61,385 nucleotides of DNA from a virus. Lineage: Duplodnaviria > Caudoviricetes. The stretch is taken from positions 1-61,385 of IMG/VR virus record IMGVR_UViG_3300040802_000030; one strand, written 5' to 3'. The position numbers and the translations under genes were made by a program. Under the pieces are notes generated by a model, which was not told the DNA's origin, did no database searches, and worked only from the letters and a program-made list of their open reading frames with translations. Below, piece after piece: positions 1 to 10,300 of this stretch (its first letter is position 1; every line of letters begins with the position of its first letter).

Positions 1-78
1 AGGACATGTACAGTCCATAGCTTCATAAGAACCCTGTTCATAAAAACAAGTTAAACATGATATCAATAACTCACTCAT
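1..78 (-). CDS. Partial small Cys-rich protein, fifth member of the tandem paralogue family (runs off the window)
   Basis: Hand translation MSELLISCLTCFYEQGSYEAMDCTCP. ATGA overlap with the stop of 75..302, and the same MSELxIxCxTC start. Confidence 0.75.
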   Translation of the reverse strand, partial: MSELLISCLTCFYEQGSYEAMDCTCP

Positions 79-302
79 ATCTGAAAGTCCTTATCTGTTA
101 ATAGTATATTGTTCATTATAATTAAATTTTCTTTTGGTTTCCAATAAACATGTGTATACCAATTCCATTTTCTTTTATATTGTGGATATTTAGGATGAAC
201 ATAGTTGCCACCTGCAATACATAAACAAGTTGTTAAATGTGGACAACAATATCTCAATTCACCGTTAACACAGGTATCACACTCTATAATCAATTCACTC
301 AT
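75..302 (-). CDS. Small putative zinc-binding protein (CxTC..C..C..HPKYP family)
   Basis: IECDTC, HPKYP, WxPKE and C-terminal LLTDKDFQI, all shared with its neighbours. Confidence 0.8.
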   Translation of the reverse strand: MSELIIECDTCVNGELRYCCPHLTTCLCIAGGNYVHPKYPQYKRKWNWYTHVYWKPKENLIIMNNILLTDKDFQI

Positions 303-514
303 AATTCAAAATCCTCATCAGTTAATAACATTGTTGGTCTACATAAATTTTCTTTAGGTTCCCAATACTTGTATGCATAAATATTATATCTTCTTTCATA
401 AAACGGATATTTTGGGTGTATAAAATATTCACTTACACCATCTAAACATTTATATCCAATATTTAAATCACACTCATTTATTTTTATACAAGTATCACAC
501 TCTATTATTATCAT
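299..514 (-). CDS. Small putative zinc-binding protein (same family)
   Basis: IECDTC, HPKYP, WEPKE, LLTDEDFEL; ATGA-coupled. Confidence 0.8.
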   Translation of the reverse strand: MIIIECDTCIKINECDLNIGYKCLDGVSEYFIHPKYPFYERRYNIYAYKYWEPKENLCRPTMLLTDEDFEL

Positions 515-750
515 AATTCAAAGTCCTCATCAGACAATAACATATCTATTGGTTTTATTTCTTCTTTTGGTTCCCAATTCTCATATGTATAATAAGGTAT
601 CTTCTTTGTTAAAAGAGAATATTTCCAATGTTGTCTTGTAGAAGTATGTCTTAAACAAATGGATTGTATTTCACAGATACCTCTATATCTACAAGTTGAA
701 CATGATATCAATCCTATTTTACTTTTATAAACTGCATGAAAATTCATCAT
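511..750 (-). CDS. Small putative zinc-binding protein (same family)
   Basis: ISCSTC, HWKY, WEPKE, LLSDEDFEL. Confidence 0.8.
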   Translation of the reverse strand: MMNFHAVYKSKIGLISCSTCRYRGICEIQSICLRHTSTRQHWKYSLLTKKIPYYTYENWEPKEEIKPIDMLLSDEDFEL

Positions 751-1007
751 AACTCAAAATCCTCATCTGTTAAAAGAAGACTACTGGCATTTTTTAATAG
801 TTCATTTGGTATCCAGTGTAAATAAGAAAAACTGTTAAATTTCCTTTTAATATATGGATATTTTGGATGAGTAAACATATCGCCCAAGTCTGGTTTGGTC
901 AAACAATGTGGTTGAGTACGACATCCTCCATAATGTTTGCAAGTTTTACAAGTAATTAACAGTTCAATTTTTATTTTCTTTTCCTCTACTTTACTTACTC
1001 TTATCAT
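747..1007 (-). CDS. Small putative zinc-binding protein (same family)
   Basis: ITCKTC, HPKYP, LLTDEDFEL; AAGGA Shine-Dalgarno and an early promoter upstream. Confidence 0.8.
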   Translation of the reverse strand: MIRVSKVEEKKIKIELLITCKTCKHYGGCRTQPHCLTKPDLGDMFTHPKYPYIKRKFNSFSYLHWIPNELLKNASSLLLTDEDFEL

Positions 1008-1035
1008 AGAAAATCCTTATTTTTTTATTTTTCTC

Positions 1036-1064
1036 ATTATAACATTTTATTTTATGATTGTAAA
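1036..1064 (-). promoter_or_regulatory. T4-type early (sigma70) promoter
   Basis: TTTACA-N17-TATAAT on the minus strand, upstream of the paralogue operon. Confidence 0.75.
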
Positions 1065-1067
1065 TAA

Positions 1068-1075
1068 TATAAATA
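1068..1075 (+). promoter_or_regulatory. T4-type late promoter
   Basis: TATAAATA just upstream of the gp53 baseplate gene; gp55 is encoded in the window. Confidence 0.65.
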
Positions 1076-1098
1076 TACTTGAGATAACTATCTAAGGA

Positions 1099-1500
1099 GT
1101 GGGACAATATATGGCAGAATATACAAGTAAAGTAGATGAAAATTTTTACGAAGCAACCAATACAATATTAGCTGATACATCATATTTAAGATTGTTTAAT
1201 ATACTACTTGATATTGATAGAGAAACTAAATTTATGAATATCTTCAAATCAGTAACAGTAAATGAAGAAGCTCAAACAGATATTTTAGCGTTTGATACAT
1301 ATGAGGTCCCTGAAAGTTATTTTTGGGATAACATTTCATATGAAATGTATGGTACACCAAAATTATGGTGGGTTGTATCTTTATTTAATAACATAATAAA
1401 TCCATTTGAGGAATTAGAAGAAGGTTCTAACATAAAAGTATTAAAATCCGAACATATTAAAACTGTATTTGCTGATATGGAAAGGATATCTGAGTTATAA
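1099..1500 (+). CDS. gp53: Baseplate wedge protein, T4 gp53-like (LysM-like)
   Basis: WDNISYEMYGTPKLWWVVSLFNNIINPF motif; position at the head of the baseplate module. Confidence 0.8.
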   Translation: MGQYMAEYTSKVDENFYEATNTILADTSYLRLFNILLDIDRETKFMNIFKSVTVNEEAQTDILAFDTYEVPESYFWDNISYEMYGTPKLWWVVSLFNNIINPFEELEEGSNIKVLKSEHIKTVFADMERISEL

Positions 1501-1501
1501 A

Positions 1502-2800
1502 ATGACTACAAATACTAATGATACAGAAAGAAGTAATATAGCTACTAATGTTTTTACTGTTAAAATATTAGTAAATGGTAAGGTTATTAATTTTAATGCC
1601 GGTGACATCAAAGAGTGTTTTTTCATAGAAGATATTTTCACTCAATGTATTGTTGGTAAATTAACATTTATTGATAACTATGGTTTTCTTGAATATGGAC
1701 CATTTACAGGAAATGAATTACTATCAATAAAATATGGTAGATATAATACAAAAGAGTTAAACTTTCACATATGGAGGGTAGAAAAGGTTTTTCCTACCTT
1801 TAATGCCGAGAATACAATTACTACTGGTGTTACTATTGAGTTAATAGATACATCATATGATGCTATGAGTACTTATTATTATAGTAAATCATATGATAGT
1901 AAAATGAAACATACAGAAGTAGTTAAATCTATATTAAAAAATATGGTAGGATGGAGTGATGGTAGAATTGATATACTTGAATCATCTTCTGAACTTACTG
2001 AACCCTTTGTTATTCCCTACTGGACACCATCGGTTACTATAAGACATTTATTAAATAGAGCAAAGTATAATACTAATACTTATGGATATTTATGTTATAA
2101 TAACACAAAGAGTGGATTTTCTGTAAGTGTAAAACCATTATCATATCTTTTAAGCAATAGTAACATAATGGATAGTTTATCATATAAAATGTCAGATACA
2201 AAGGAACCAATAAAAAATAAGGTTTTGGATTGGTGGTTAGAGGGTATCAATCATAACTTAACAAAACCTCTTAGAAGGTCATTGGCATATAATAATGATA
2301 TATCAACAAAAACTACAACAAAAACAGTAATGAGATATGATGATTATATAAAATTTGAATCTATATTGGGTAATTATACATTATTTGATAAAACATATGG
2401 ATTATCAGATGAATTGGTATCAAATATTACTATGTATAGTGGAAGTGAAAAAGATGTGAAAAATAAACTACATAGTAATTTTTCAAAAATATATAATTTA
2501 TCTAACCTTTTAAATATAATAGTATATGGAAATGAAAGAAGATATGCTGGTCATCAAATTAATATTGAATGGCCTAGTACTAATAGAGAAACAGAACTTT
2601 TAAGTAGAATGTTTCAAGGTGTTTACTTAGTTAAATCAATAACACATAATTTTGTTCAACAACAAGATGCTATAGGATATACACAAAGAATGGTATTAAT
2701 AAGAAATGGTTATTTTAACCCATCTACAGATATATTATTAAAATCAATAATAAAAAATACTTCTGGTGGTAAGAAAACAACGGAGTTTAAGAATGAGTAA
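1502..2800 (+). CDS. Baseplate hub/tail protein (gp27-like)
   Basis: EDIF..G.L...D..G..E..P.TGNE N-terminus and G.YLVKSITH C-terminus, typical of hub proteins; lies between gp53 and gp5. Start moved to ATG 1502. Confidence 0.65.
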   Translation: MTTNTNDTERSNIATNVFTVKILVNGKVINFNAGDIKECFFIEDIFTQCIVGKLTFIDNYGFLEYGPFTGNELLSIKYGRYNTKELNFHIWRVEKVFPTFNAENTITTGVTIELIDTSYDAMSTYYYSKSYDSKMKHTEVVKSILKNMVGWSDGRIDILESSSELTEPFVIPYWTPSVTIRHLLNRAKYNTNTYGYLCYNNTKSGFSVSVKPLSYLLSNSNIMDSLSYKMSDTKEPIKNKVLDWWLEGINHNLTKPLRRSLAYNNDISTKTTTKTVMRYDDYIKFESILGNYTLFDKTYGLSDELVSNITMYSGSEKDVKNKLHSNFSKIYNLSNLLNIIVYGNERRYAGHQINIEWPSTNRETELLSRMFQGVYLVKSITHNFVQQQDAIGYTQRMVLIRNGYFNPSTDILLKSIIKNTSGGKKTTEFKNE

Positions 2801-3470
2801 TTTAGAAAATTATTTGAATGAAACAACTGCTGGTGTACCTGATTTATCTAAGCAAATACTGAATAGTTTATTAAAAAAGTTATGGGATTATTTAATTAAG
2901 AAAAATTTTGTTTTGAAATCTGATGATGAGTTAATATCAGTATTAAATAATTCTAATATTCATAGTAATTTGTTTGAATTTATAAAATCTAAGAAAAAAA
3001 CAAAATATAATCTTTCACGATTTGTTTATATGGGTATTTTTGATATGGTTGATGCTGAAAAAATTCAACTCTCTATACGAACAAATACTTATGATTTTTT
3101 TCGTAGATTTGCAAAACCAAATTCAGAAAAAGTATTTTTTAGTCTAAAAAATAATCAATTTGCTAGAGATGTTATGGCGGCTTTATCTCATGAAATAGTT
3201 CATTATCTTCAATTTATAAAATCTCGTGGTGAAATAGGATTTCCAGAAGAAGGTGACACTTATTCAAAATATATTTCTAATAAAGCAGAACTTGAAGCAT
3301 TTGCCTTACAAATATCGTTAGAACAAATTACTGGTAAAAAATCAAGTATGTATGAGGTTTATCTAGGACATAAAAATAAAAAAACAATTACTGATAAAAC
3401 TTGGAATAATTTATTGAAAAAAATAGAATATTTCAAAAAAGAAATAAAAAATTCAGATATTTTTGTTTAA
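2793..3470 (+). CDS. Putative zinc metallopeptidase (HExxH), possible internal head protein
   Basis: HEIVH plus downstream ELEAF; N-terminus MSNLENYLNE. Confidence 0.5.
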   Translation: MSNLENYLNETTAGVPDLSKQILNSLLKKLWDYLIKKNFVLKSDDELISVLNNSNIHSNLFEFIKSKKKTKYNLSRFVYMGIFDMVDAEKIQLSIRTNTYDFFRRFAKPNSEKVFFSLKNNQFARDVMAALSHEIVHYLQFIKSRGEIGFPEEGDTYSKYISNKAELEAFALQISLEQITGKKSSMYEVYLGHKNKKTITDKTWNNLLKKIEYFKKEIKNSDIFV

Positions 3471-3484
3471 TTAAGGAATTAAAG

Positions 3485-4120
3485 ATGAAATTAGAAAAAT
3501 ATTTAATAAATGAATTGAATGCTAAAGAAATTGAGTATGAAATTCATGAAGATGCTATGTTAAAAATTAAAAAAGACTGTAAGAAATATATAAGTCTTTT
3601 AGGAAATAAACATCCATTTTATAGAGGTGTTAGTTATTCTTTATATTCAAGTAATGCTTATTTAAGAGTAAAAACAAGAAAAGATAGACAATCTTTTATA
3701 GACTCAAGAAGGGTATTTGGACCTGTTATTGATAAATTATTTAAAGACAATAAAGTACCATTAAGAAGTGAATCTGTAAATGCAACATCTGATTTAAAAC
3801 ACGCAACATTTTTTTCTCAAAATGTTTATTATGTATTTCCAATTGGTAATTTTAGTTATGCTTACTGTACATCTAAAGATTTTAATCAATCATCTGGTAA
3901 TTTTAAAATATTAAATTTTATTAAATATGTGAATAATTTGGTTGATTGGATTGATTATGATGAGGCTTGGGGTTATTTTAAAGATGGTATTGTGACAAAT
4001 AAAAATATGAATATGGCACATGATAAAGGATATGAAATTTGGTTTGATTGTAAAGAATATTATTTAGTTTCAATTAAATCCAAGTTAGCCGGTTTTTGGA
4101 ATAAGGAAATGATTAAATGA
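3485..4120 (+). CDS. Hypothetical protein, possible ADP-ribosyltransferase fold, possible internal head protein
   Basis: FYRG ... SVNATS ... YEIW motif order; N-terminus MKLEKYLINE. Confidence 0.4.
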   Translation: MKLEKYLINELNAKEIEYEIHEDAMLKIKKDCKKYISLLGNKHPFYRGVSYSLYSSNAYLRVKTRKDRQSFIDSRRVFGPVIDKLFKDNKVPLRSESVNATSDLKHATFFSQNVYYVFPIGNFSYAYCTSKDFNQSSGNFKILNFIKYVNNLVDWIDYDEAWGYFKDGIVTNKNMNMAHDKGYEIWFDCKEYYLVSIKSKLAGFWNKEMIK

Positions 4121-5013
4121 ATAAAATTAATGATAAATTATTTGGATTTTATAGAGGTGTAGTAGAAGATAATGATGATCCTCTAAAAGTAGGTAGAGTA
4201 AGGGCAAGAATATGGGGATTACATACTGAAAAAATATTAGAAGGTGCAAAAGAAGGAATACCAACAGAACATTTGCCTTGGGTTGAACCATGTTTATCAA
4301 TAGTAGAAGGTTCTATTTCTGGTTTTGGTTTTTTTGGTGTACCATTAAAGGGTTCACATATCATGATTTTCTTTGAAAATGGTAATTATCAAAAACCTAT
4401 GTATTTTGCTTCCATTCCTGGTATACCAGCAAATAGACCTAATGTAAAAGAGGGTTTCAATGACCCTGATGGTGTATATCCAACACAAACAGGTGTAAGT
4501 GATTATCATTCAAGAGCACAAGCACACTATCCGAATAATACGATATTATCAGTACATGGTGGACATTATATTGAATTGGATTCAACTAATGGTGATAAGA
4601 AAATTAGAATACATCATAATAGTGGAACATCAATTGAAATGCAAAATGATGGTAGCGTTGATATAAATACAGAGAATAATCATGTTGAGAATGTTGAAAG
4701 TAATTATACTCAAGATGTTGGTGGTAACAAAACAGTTAATATTTCAGGAAATTGTAATATAACAGTTGGTGGTAATTGTAATTTAACTGTAACCGGTAAT
4801 ATTGTGGCTAGTTCTCCATCAACAACAATACAAGATGGAACAGTTGATTTAGCAAAGAATAAAGGAACCTTGTTATTGTTATGTGATGAGAGATTTATAA
4901 CTCGTTATAATCAACATACACATGATCACGGTGATCCTGCTGGAACAACAACAGTACCAAATCACCTGGCAAGTAATAACACTCATACCACAACATACAC
5001 TAAGGCATCTTAG
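4117..5013 (+). CDS. gp5: Baseplate central spike, gp5/gpV-like, without a lysozyme domain
   Basis: GVVEDNDDPLKVGRVRARIWGLH OB-fold, beta-helix repeats (VGGN/ISGN/VTGN) and a C-terminal HTHDH tip. Confidence 0.85.
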   Translation: MNKINDKLFGFYRGVVEDNDDPLKVGRVRARIWGLHTEKILEGAKEGIPTEHLPWVEPCLSIVEGSISGFGFFGVPLKGSHIMIFFENGNYQKPMYFASIPGIPANRPNVKEGFNDPDGVYPTQTGVSDYHSRAQAHYPNNTILSVHGGHYIELDSTNGDKKIRIHHNSGTSIEMQNDGSVDINTENNHVENVESNYTQDVGGNKTVNISGNCNITVGGNCNLTVTGNIVASSPSTTIQDGTVDLAKNKGTLLLLCDERFITRYNQHTHDHGDPAGTTTVPNHLASNNTHTTTYTKAS

Positions 5014-5032
5014 GGTATGTGTATGTGCGGGG

Positions 5033-5058
5033 CAAAAACCCCTTTTTTGGGGTTTTTG
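5033..5058 (+). terminator. Rho-independent terminator-like hairpin
   Basis: CAAAAACCCC-tttttt-GGGGTTTTTG perfect inverted repeat after gp5. Confidence 0.65.
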
Positions 5059-5088
5059 GGAGTATCGAAAAAATTACGATAATTTAAT

Positions 5089-5147
5089 TAATTATCTAAA
5101 ATTAAAAATTAATTATTCATAATTATCTAAAATTAAAAATTAATTAT
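5089..5147. repeat. 28-bp AT-rich direct repeat, two copies
   Basis: TAATTATCTAAAATTAAAAATTAATTAT at 5089-5116 and 5120-5147. Confidence 0.85.
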
Positions 5148-5171
5148 GAATAATTTCGGAGAAAATATTAA

Positions 5172-5564
5172 ATGGCTACAGTAATTAGAACTGCTATATA
5201 TTCAGACTTAGATATGGAATTAACTAAACAAACAGATGGTGATGTTAAAAGAGATACAGAAATAGAAGCAGTTATTCACTCTCTTGAAAATATTATATCA
5301 ACAACTCAAGGTTCCCGTAGAATGTTACCTGAGTTTGCTATTGATATTCATAATCTATTATTTGAACCACTTGATAAAAGAACCGCCGAAATGATAGGTA
5401 ATAGAATAGTATTGGCAATAGAAACATGGGAAACAAGAGTAGAAATAATAAAATTAAATATTGATGTTAATTATGACCAAAATTTATACAACATGACTTT
5501 GGAATTTATGTTGAAACCCTACGATGAAATAATATCAATAGACTTTGTTTTATTAGCACAATAA
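5172..5564 (+). CDS. gp25: Baseplate wedge protein gp25 (GPW/gp25 family)
   Basis: YSDLD..., SLENIISTTQGSRRMLPEF, LLFEPLD, WETRV. Confidence 0.9.
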   Translation: MATVIRTAIYSDLDMELTKQTDGDVKRDTEIEAVIHSLENIISTTQGSRRMLPEFAIDIHNLLFEPLDKRTAEMIGNRIVLAIETWETRVEIIKLNIDVNYDQNLYNMTLEFMLKPYDEIISIDFVLLAQ

Positions 5565-5565
5565 A

Positions 5566-5573
5566 TATAAATA
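5566..5573 (+). promoter_or_regulatory. T4-type late promoter
   Basis: TATAAATA in the gp25-gp6 intergenic gap. Confidence 0.6.
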
Positions 5574-5611
5574 TAAAAGAAATATAAAATATTACGGGGA
5601 GAAAAATAGTA

Positions 5612-7309
5612 ATGAGTACCCTTACACCTGATTATCTTTCAATAGACTATTCTAGTCTTATAACAAGATTAAAACAACAATTAAGAAATTCAGATACATT
5701 TGCAGATTATAACTTTGAAGGTGCTAATATCACAATTCTTTTAGAATTGTTGGCATATGTTACTGAATTAAATACTTATTTTACAAATAAAGTAGCAAAA
5801 AATGTTCATATAGAAACGGCAGATGTTTATGAAGCCGTAAATAGAGCCGCAAGACAAATGGGATATGAACCAAAAGGTGCTATTTCATCAACCACAACAC
5901 TTACTATAACTCTTACAGGTGCAATTCCTGGTAACACATATAGATTATATCCATTTTCACAATTTGAATGTCCAGACGAACAAGATGAAAATGGTGATAC
6001 AATAAAATTTTCAAATACAACTCTCTATACAGAGGTTGCATCTTCATCCACTGTTATATTTGAAGATGTAATGGTTAGACAAGGTATAGTAAAAGAATTA
6101 ACTGGATATACTGGTGATGATTTAATTGATAATGAATTATTTTTACCTTCTAATTACGCATATGATAATAATCTTACTGACGATTATCCATCATTAGAGG
6201 TTAGAATAAATGATGTGGCATGGACGAGAGTACCAGATTTTTGGGATGAACTATCTGCTTATTATACAAATGATGATGTTTATATGTTTGTATATGATAG
6301 ATATGGAAGAAGCAAAGTAGTATTTTCAACTTCAAGAAATGTACCAACAGATGATGATACAATAGATATAACTGTTTTAGAATCTTTAGGTGCCAATAGT
6401 AATGTTGGTGCTAACTCAATTACAGCATTTCAAACAAATCTTATTTATGATGAGGATGAAGGTGAATATATTGATTCAGAACAAATAATAGAAGTGGTAA
6501 ATGACACGGCATCATCTGGTGGTCAAGACGCAGAAGATATTGGAACAATAAAAGAAAATGCTAAAGCTTCATTACATACACAATATCGAAATGTTACTGC
6601 TGTTGATTATAAAGCCCACTTACAAGAAAGGTCGGATGTTGCAGTTGCAAAAGCGTGGGGAGAACAAGATGTAACACCGGCAGGTGATATTACTAATTAT
6701 AATTTAGTCTATATATGTTTATATCCTTCTTTATGGAGTACAGACAATATTAATTGGACATCAACAACATTTTCAACTACTTGGGGTTTGACTCAAGCAA
6801 TTGTTGTACCAACAACATATAATAGTGATTGGACAACGGAATTATCTCTTTATTTAGAACCAAGAAAAATGATTTCAGCATATGAAACATACACAGTACT
6901 TGACCTTGTTTATTTTTCATTTGATATTAGCGTAAGAGTAAAAAGAGGTTATGATTTTACTTTAGTACAAACTGATATAATAAATAAACTTCAAAGATAT
7001 TTTAGAGCAACAAATCAAGAGTTTTATACTATTATAAATTTTAATGATATTGTTGAATATTTATTAGATATATCTGAAGTTGGAACATCAGATAATTATG
7101 ATAATATAAAAGGTATTAGAAATTTAAATATTAGAGATATAGAAGTTAGTCATACGATGTATGAAAATAATGAAGTAGGTAATTATCCATATTATATAGA
7201 AGATTCAAGTACATATGATGGTGATAACCAGTTAAGAAGGATACAACTCGGTTTAAATCAATTTCCAGTATTAGCAGTTGATACTGTAAGAGTAACACAG
7301 GAAGATTAA
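5612..7309 (+). CDS. gp6: Baseplate wedge protein gp6
   Basis: F.DYNFEG.N...LLELLAY, A...GYEP, SGG.D.E, Q.R.VT..DY motifs. Confidence 0.9.
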   Translation: MSTLTPDYLSIDYSSLITRLKQQLRNSDTFADYNFEGANITILLELLAYVTELNTYFTNKVAKNVHIETADVYEAVNRAARQMGYEPKGAISSTTTLTITLTGAIPGNTYRLYPFSQFECPDEQDENGDTIKFSNTTLYTEVASSSTVIFEDVMVRQGIVKELTGYTGDDLIDNELFLPSNYAYDNNLTDDYPSLEVRINDVAWTRVPDFWDELSAYYTNDDVYMFVYDRYGRSKVVFSTSRNVPTDDDTIDITVLESLGANSNVGANSITAFQTNLIYDEDEGEYIDSEQIIEVVNDTASSGGQDAEDIGTIKENAKASLHTQYRNVTAVDYKAHLQERSDVAVAKAWGEQDVTPAGDITNYNLVYICLYPSLWSTDNINWTSTTFSTTWGLTQAIVVPTTYNSDWTTELSLYLEPRKMISAYETYTVLDLVYFSFDISVRVKRGYDFTLVQTDIINKLQRYFRATNQEFYTIINFNDIVEYLLDISEVGTSDNYDNIKGIRNLNIRDIEVSHTMYENNEVGNYPYYIEDSSTYDGDNQLRRIQLGLNQFPVLAVDTVRVTQED

Positions 7310-7310
7310 T

Positions 7311-10300
7311 ATGAAATTTACTGATCCAAATTATAACACTTTAAAAACATATTTTGATATTTTAAAGAACCCAAGAAGTAGTGATGCAAATTCTTATCTT
7401 ATGACTTGGCGAACACCTATTGTTGTTCGTGGTGGTGTTTATACACCATTATATCAATTGAAAGATAATGGAGATTTTGTTGGTTATAAGTTTATTATCG
7501 AAGAAGTTGATGGTGATAATTTTGTTTTTTCATATGGTGGAATGTTATCAACTCATTCAGAAGCAACGGAATTAGAAGTTGGTAAAGAAATGTATTTTAG
7601 AAAGGACGCATTCTTTAGAGATTGGTTAAATGTTAATTCAGATACATATGCCAATTTTGTAAATGCAAATAAAACATTCATATATTTTGGTAAAATATAT
7701 GAATTATCTAACAGTGCTAGTAGATATTTTATTAAATTCGAAGGTTTAAAGAATTGGATTATGGAGTGTTTACCACAACATAATCGAACAGAAAAACTAA
7801 CAGAACTTTTAAATGTTTCATTTGACCAAGTATATCACGAACCATACAATATGTTAAAGAATGTGTTTTCATTTTTTGATCCAAAAGAAGTTCAATTAAA
7901 ACATTTATATTATCTTGCAGATAAATTTGGTGTATCAATAGATGTTGATTTATTATCTGAAATAGTTCTAAGAGAGTGGGTTGATTCTTTAATTAATCTT
8001 TTAAAGAGAAAAGGTACTTATACATCTTATTACATTATTTTTAAATTATTATTCTCAAATACAAGAAATAAACTTAATATTTATGAGAGATGGTTGGAAT
8101 TATGTCATCAAGATATTTTTGGTGACACAACTTCTGAAGGTTATTTTGAAGACCATCATATATTAGAACACTATGGTATTCATCCTTCTGGTGGTTCTGG
8201 TGATTTATGGTATGCATCATATGACCCAGATAATTATCCTGCACCCACAATAATACCACCTTGGCAAAATTCTACATATACTTGTGGTAGTGATTATCTT
8301 AGTCTTGGATCAGGTTCCTTTACCGTTTTTGATGATAGTGGTAGATTGGCTTCACAAGATGATAATAGTATTATAGTTCATGGACTTGTACCAGATGAGG
8401 ACACATTTTATGCCTCAAGATCATGGTTTTCTCGTTCAGTTGCACATGGTGGATTTAGATATTGTTTTAGATTTTATGTATCATCAACAACAACTCTTGG
8501 TGGTTCGGTTTTTATTTGGACCATAGCAAATACTGGTAGTAATATGTGGCAAAATCTTGATGATCCAGTAGGTCTTTATTTAAATGTATCTTTAGCAAAT
8601 AATTTGAGAGTTGGATTAAGAGTTGGTGAAACAACACAATATCTTGTTGATGGACAAACAGGAGAAGCAGATAAAGTTATTGAATTTGATACTTGGTATT
8701 ATGTGACAGTAAATTCATATTCAAATCTTGATTTTGGTGTAGATGAAGAAACCTATGTAAAAGCAGAAGTTTTTACAAGTAATAATAGATTACCAAGTGA
8801 GAAAGTGGCAACTGGTACACTTGATTATGATGGTTTAAGTAGAGATTATTTACTTATGGTTACTCATACTAGAGATGCTGCTTTTATATCCTGGTATTTT
8901 CATGTTGCATATTTACAATATCTAAATGAAAGTAATGTTTGTTCAAAGAAAGAATTGACTTGTTCAACTCCATTGGATTTATCGGAATTTATAGGAGTTG
9001 ATACTGGTAATAACATTATAAGTCAATCATCTGATATGATTGAGGTAGAAGATTTTGATCCAGATACAGATACCATGTATCTATACAAATCTCTCACCAC
9101 TCTTGGTAGAATTTATGGTGGATTTAAACATTGTTTCACATTTTTTATTCCATCATCGAATACAGGTAGTGGTAAAATTTATATTTGGTTACAATCAAAT
9201 GAGACAGAAGAAGTATTTGATACTATGACTACTGGATATGGATTTTATATTGATAATTTTCTTTCATTAAGATGTGGTTTAAGTAGTCCATCAATATCAA
9301 AAAGTATTGGTACTATAAAAGAAAATGTATATTATTATGTCTCAATATATACAGAGGATATGGATGAAAATTATATAGCTGTTGATATATATGATTCACC
9401 TGAAAGAAAATCTGAAAATTTAATTCTTAGTGGAAACATAGCACATGATGGTGCAACCAGAAATTATTTATATGTATTGAATCAAGGTCCATTATTTAGT
9501 GGTAGTCATGATATAATAATTTCTGACTATTATACTAATTTCACTGCAACAGAATCAGTAGCGGCTAGTGGTAATTTATTTTTATCGCCACATTATAAAG
9601 TTGAAATTGATTTATCAACTGAACCAATGGAAGAAGGTTCTATCATAAGTGAGAATTATTCAAAAGAATTAATTAGATATTGGGAATATATGAAACCGGT
9701 ATCTAAGTTCGTTGATTATCATTATGTTTTGGCACCACTTGCTATAATTGATGATTTTAATGAATATAGAGAATTGTATGAAAATTCAATTGTTGGATAT
9801 TGTGATACAAAATTTACAGGGTCATTCTTTGTTTCTGGTGGAACAGCTCCACCGTCTATTGATTATGGTGAATCAACATATGTATATAGACAAGGAACAA
9901 GTAAATCAGAATGGAAAATAGTACATAATTTAGGAACTTCAGACGTATTAATACAAGTATATAATGAATTTAATGAAATTATATATATGGATACTGTTCA
10001 AGTTTTAAATACAAATACAGTTATATTGACATTTGATACAGCAGTTAGAGGTTCTGCATTTGTAGCTGGATTAAAAAGTTGGAATGTTCTTCATAATCAA
10101 ACATCTGAGACTGATCCGTGGACGATAAATCATAATATGGGAACAGATGAAGGCGCCTTAAATTATGTATTTGATATATATAATTTATCGAGAACTGAAT
10201 ATTTGGTACCAGATAGTATTGAGAGAACCAGCACTGACCAAATAGTTGTAACTTGGTCAACAACTGGTAAATCAATAGTAAAATCAGGTAGAATGCCTAT

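Noticed and set aside
5089-5147. CRISPR mini-array
   Set aside because: Only two copies with a 3-bp gap, no spacer-sized unique sequence and no cas genes.
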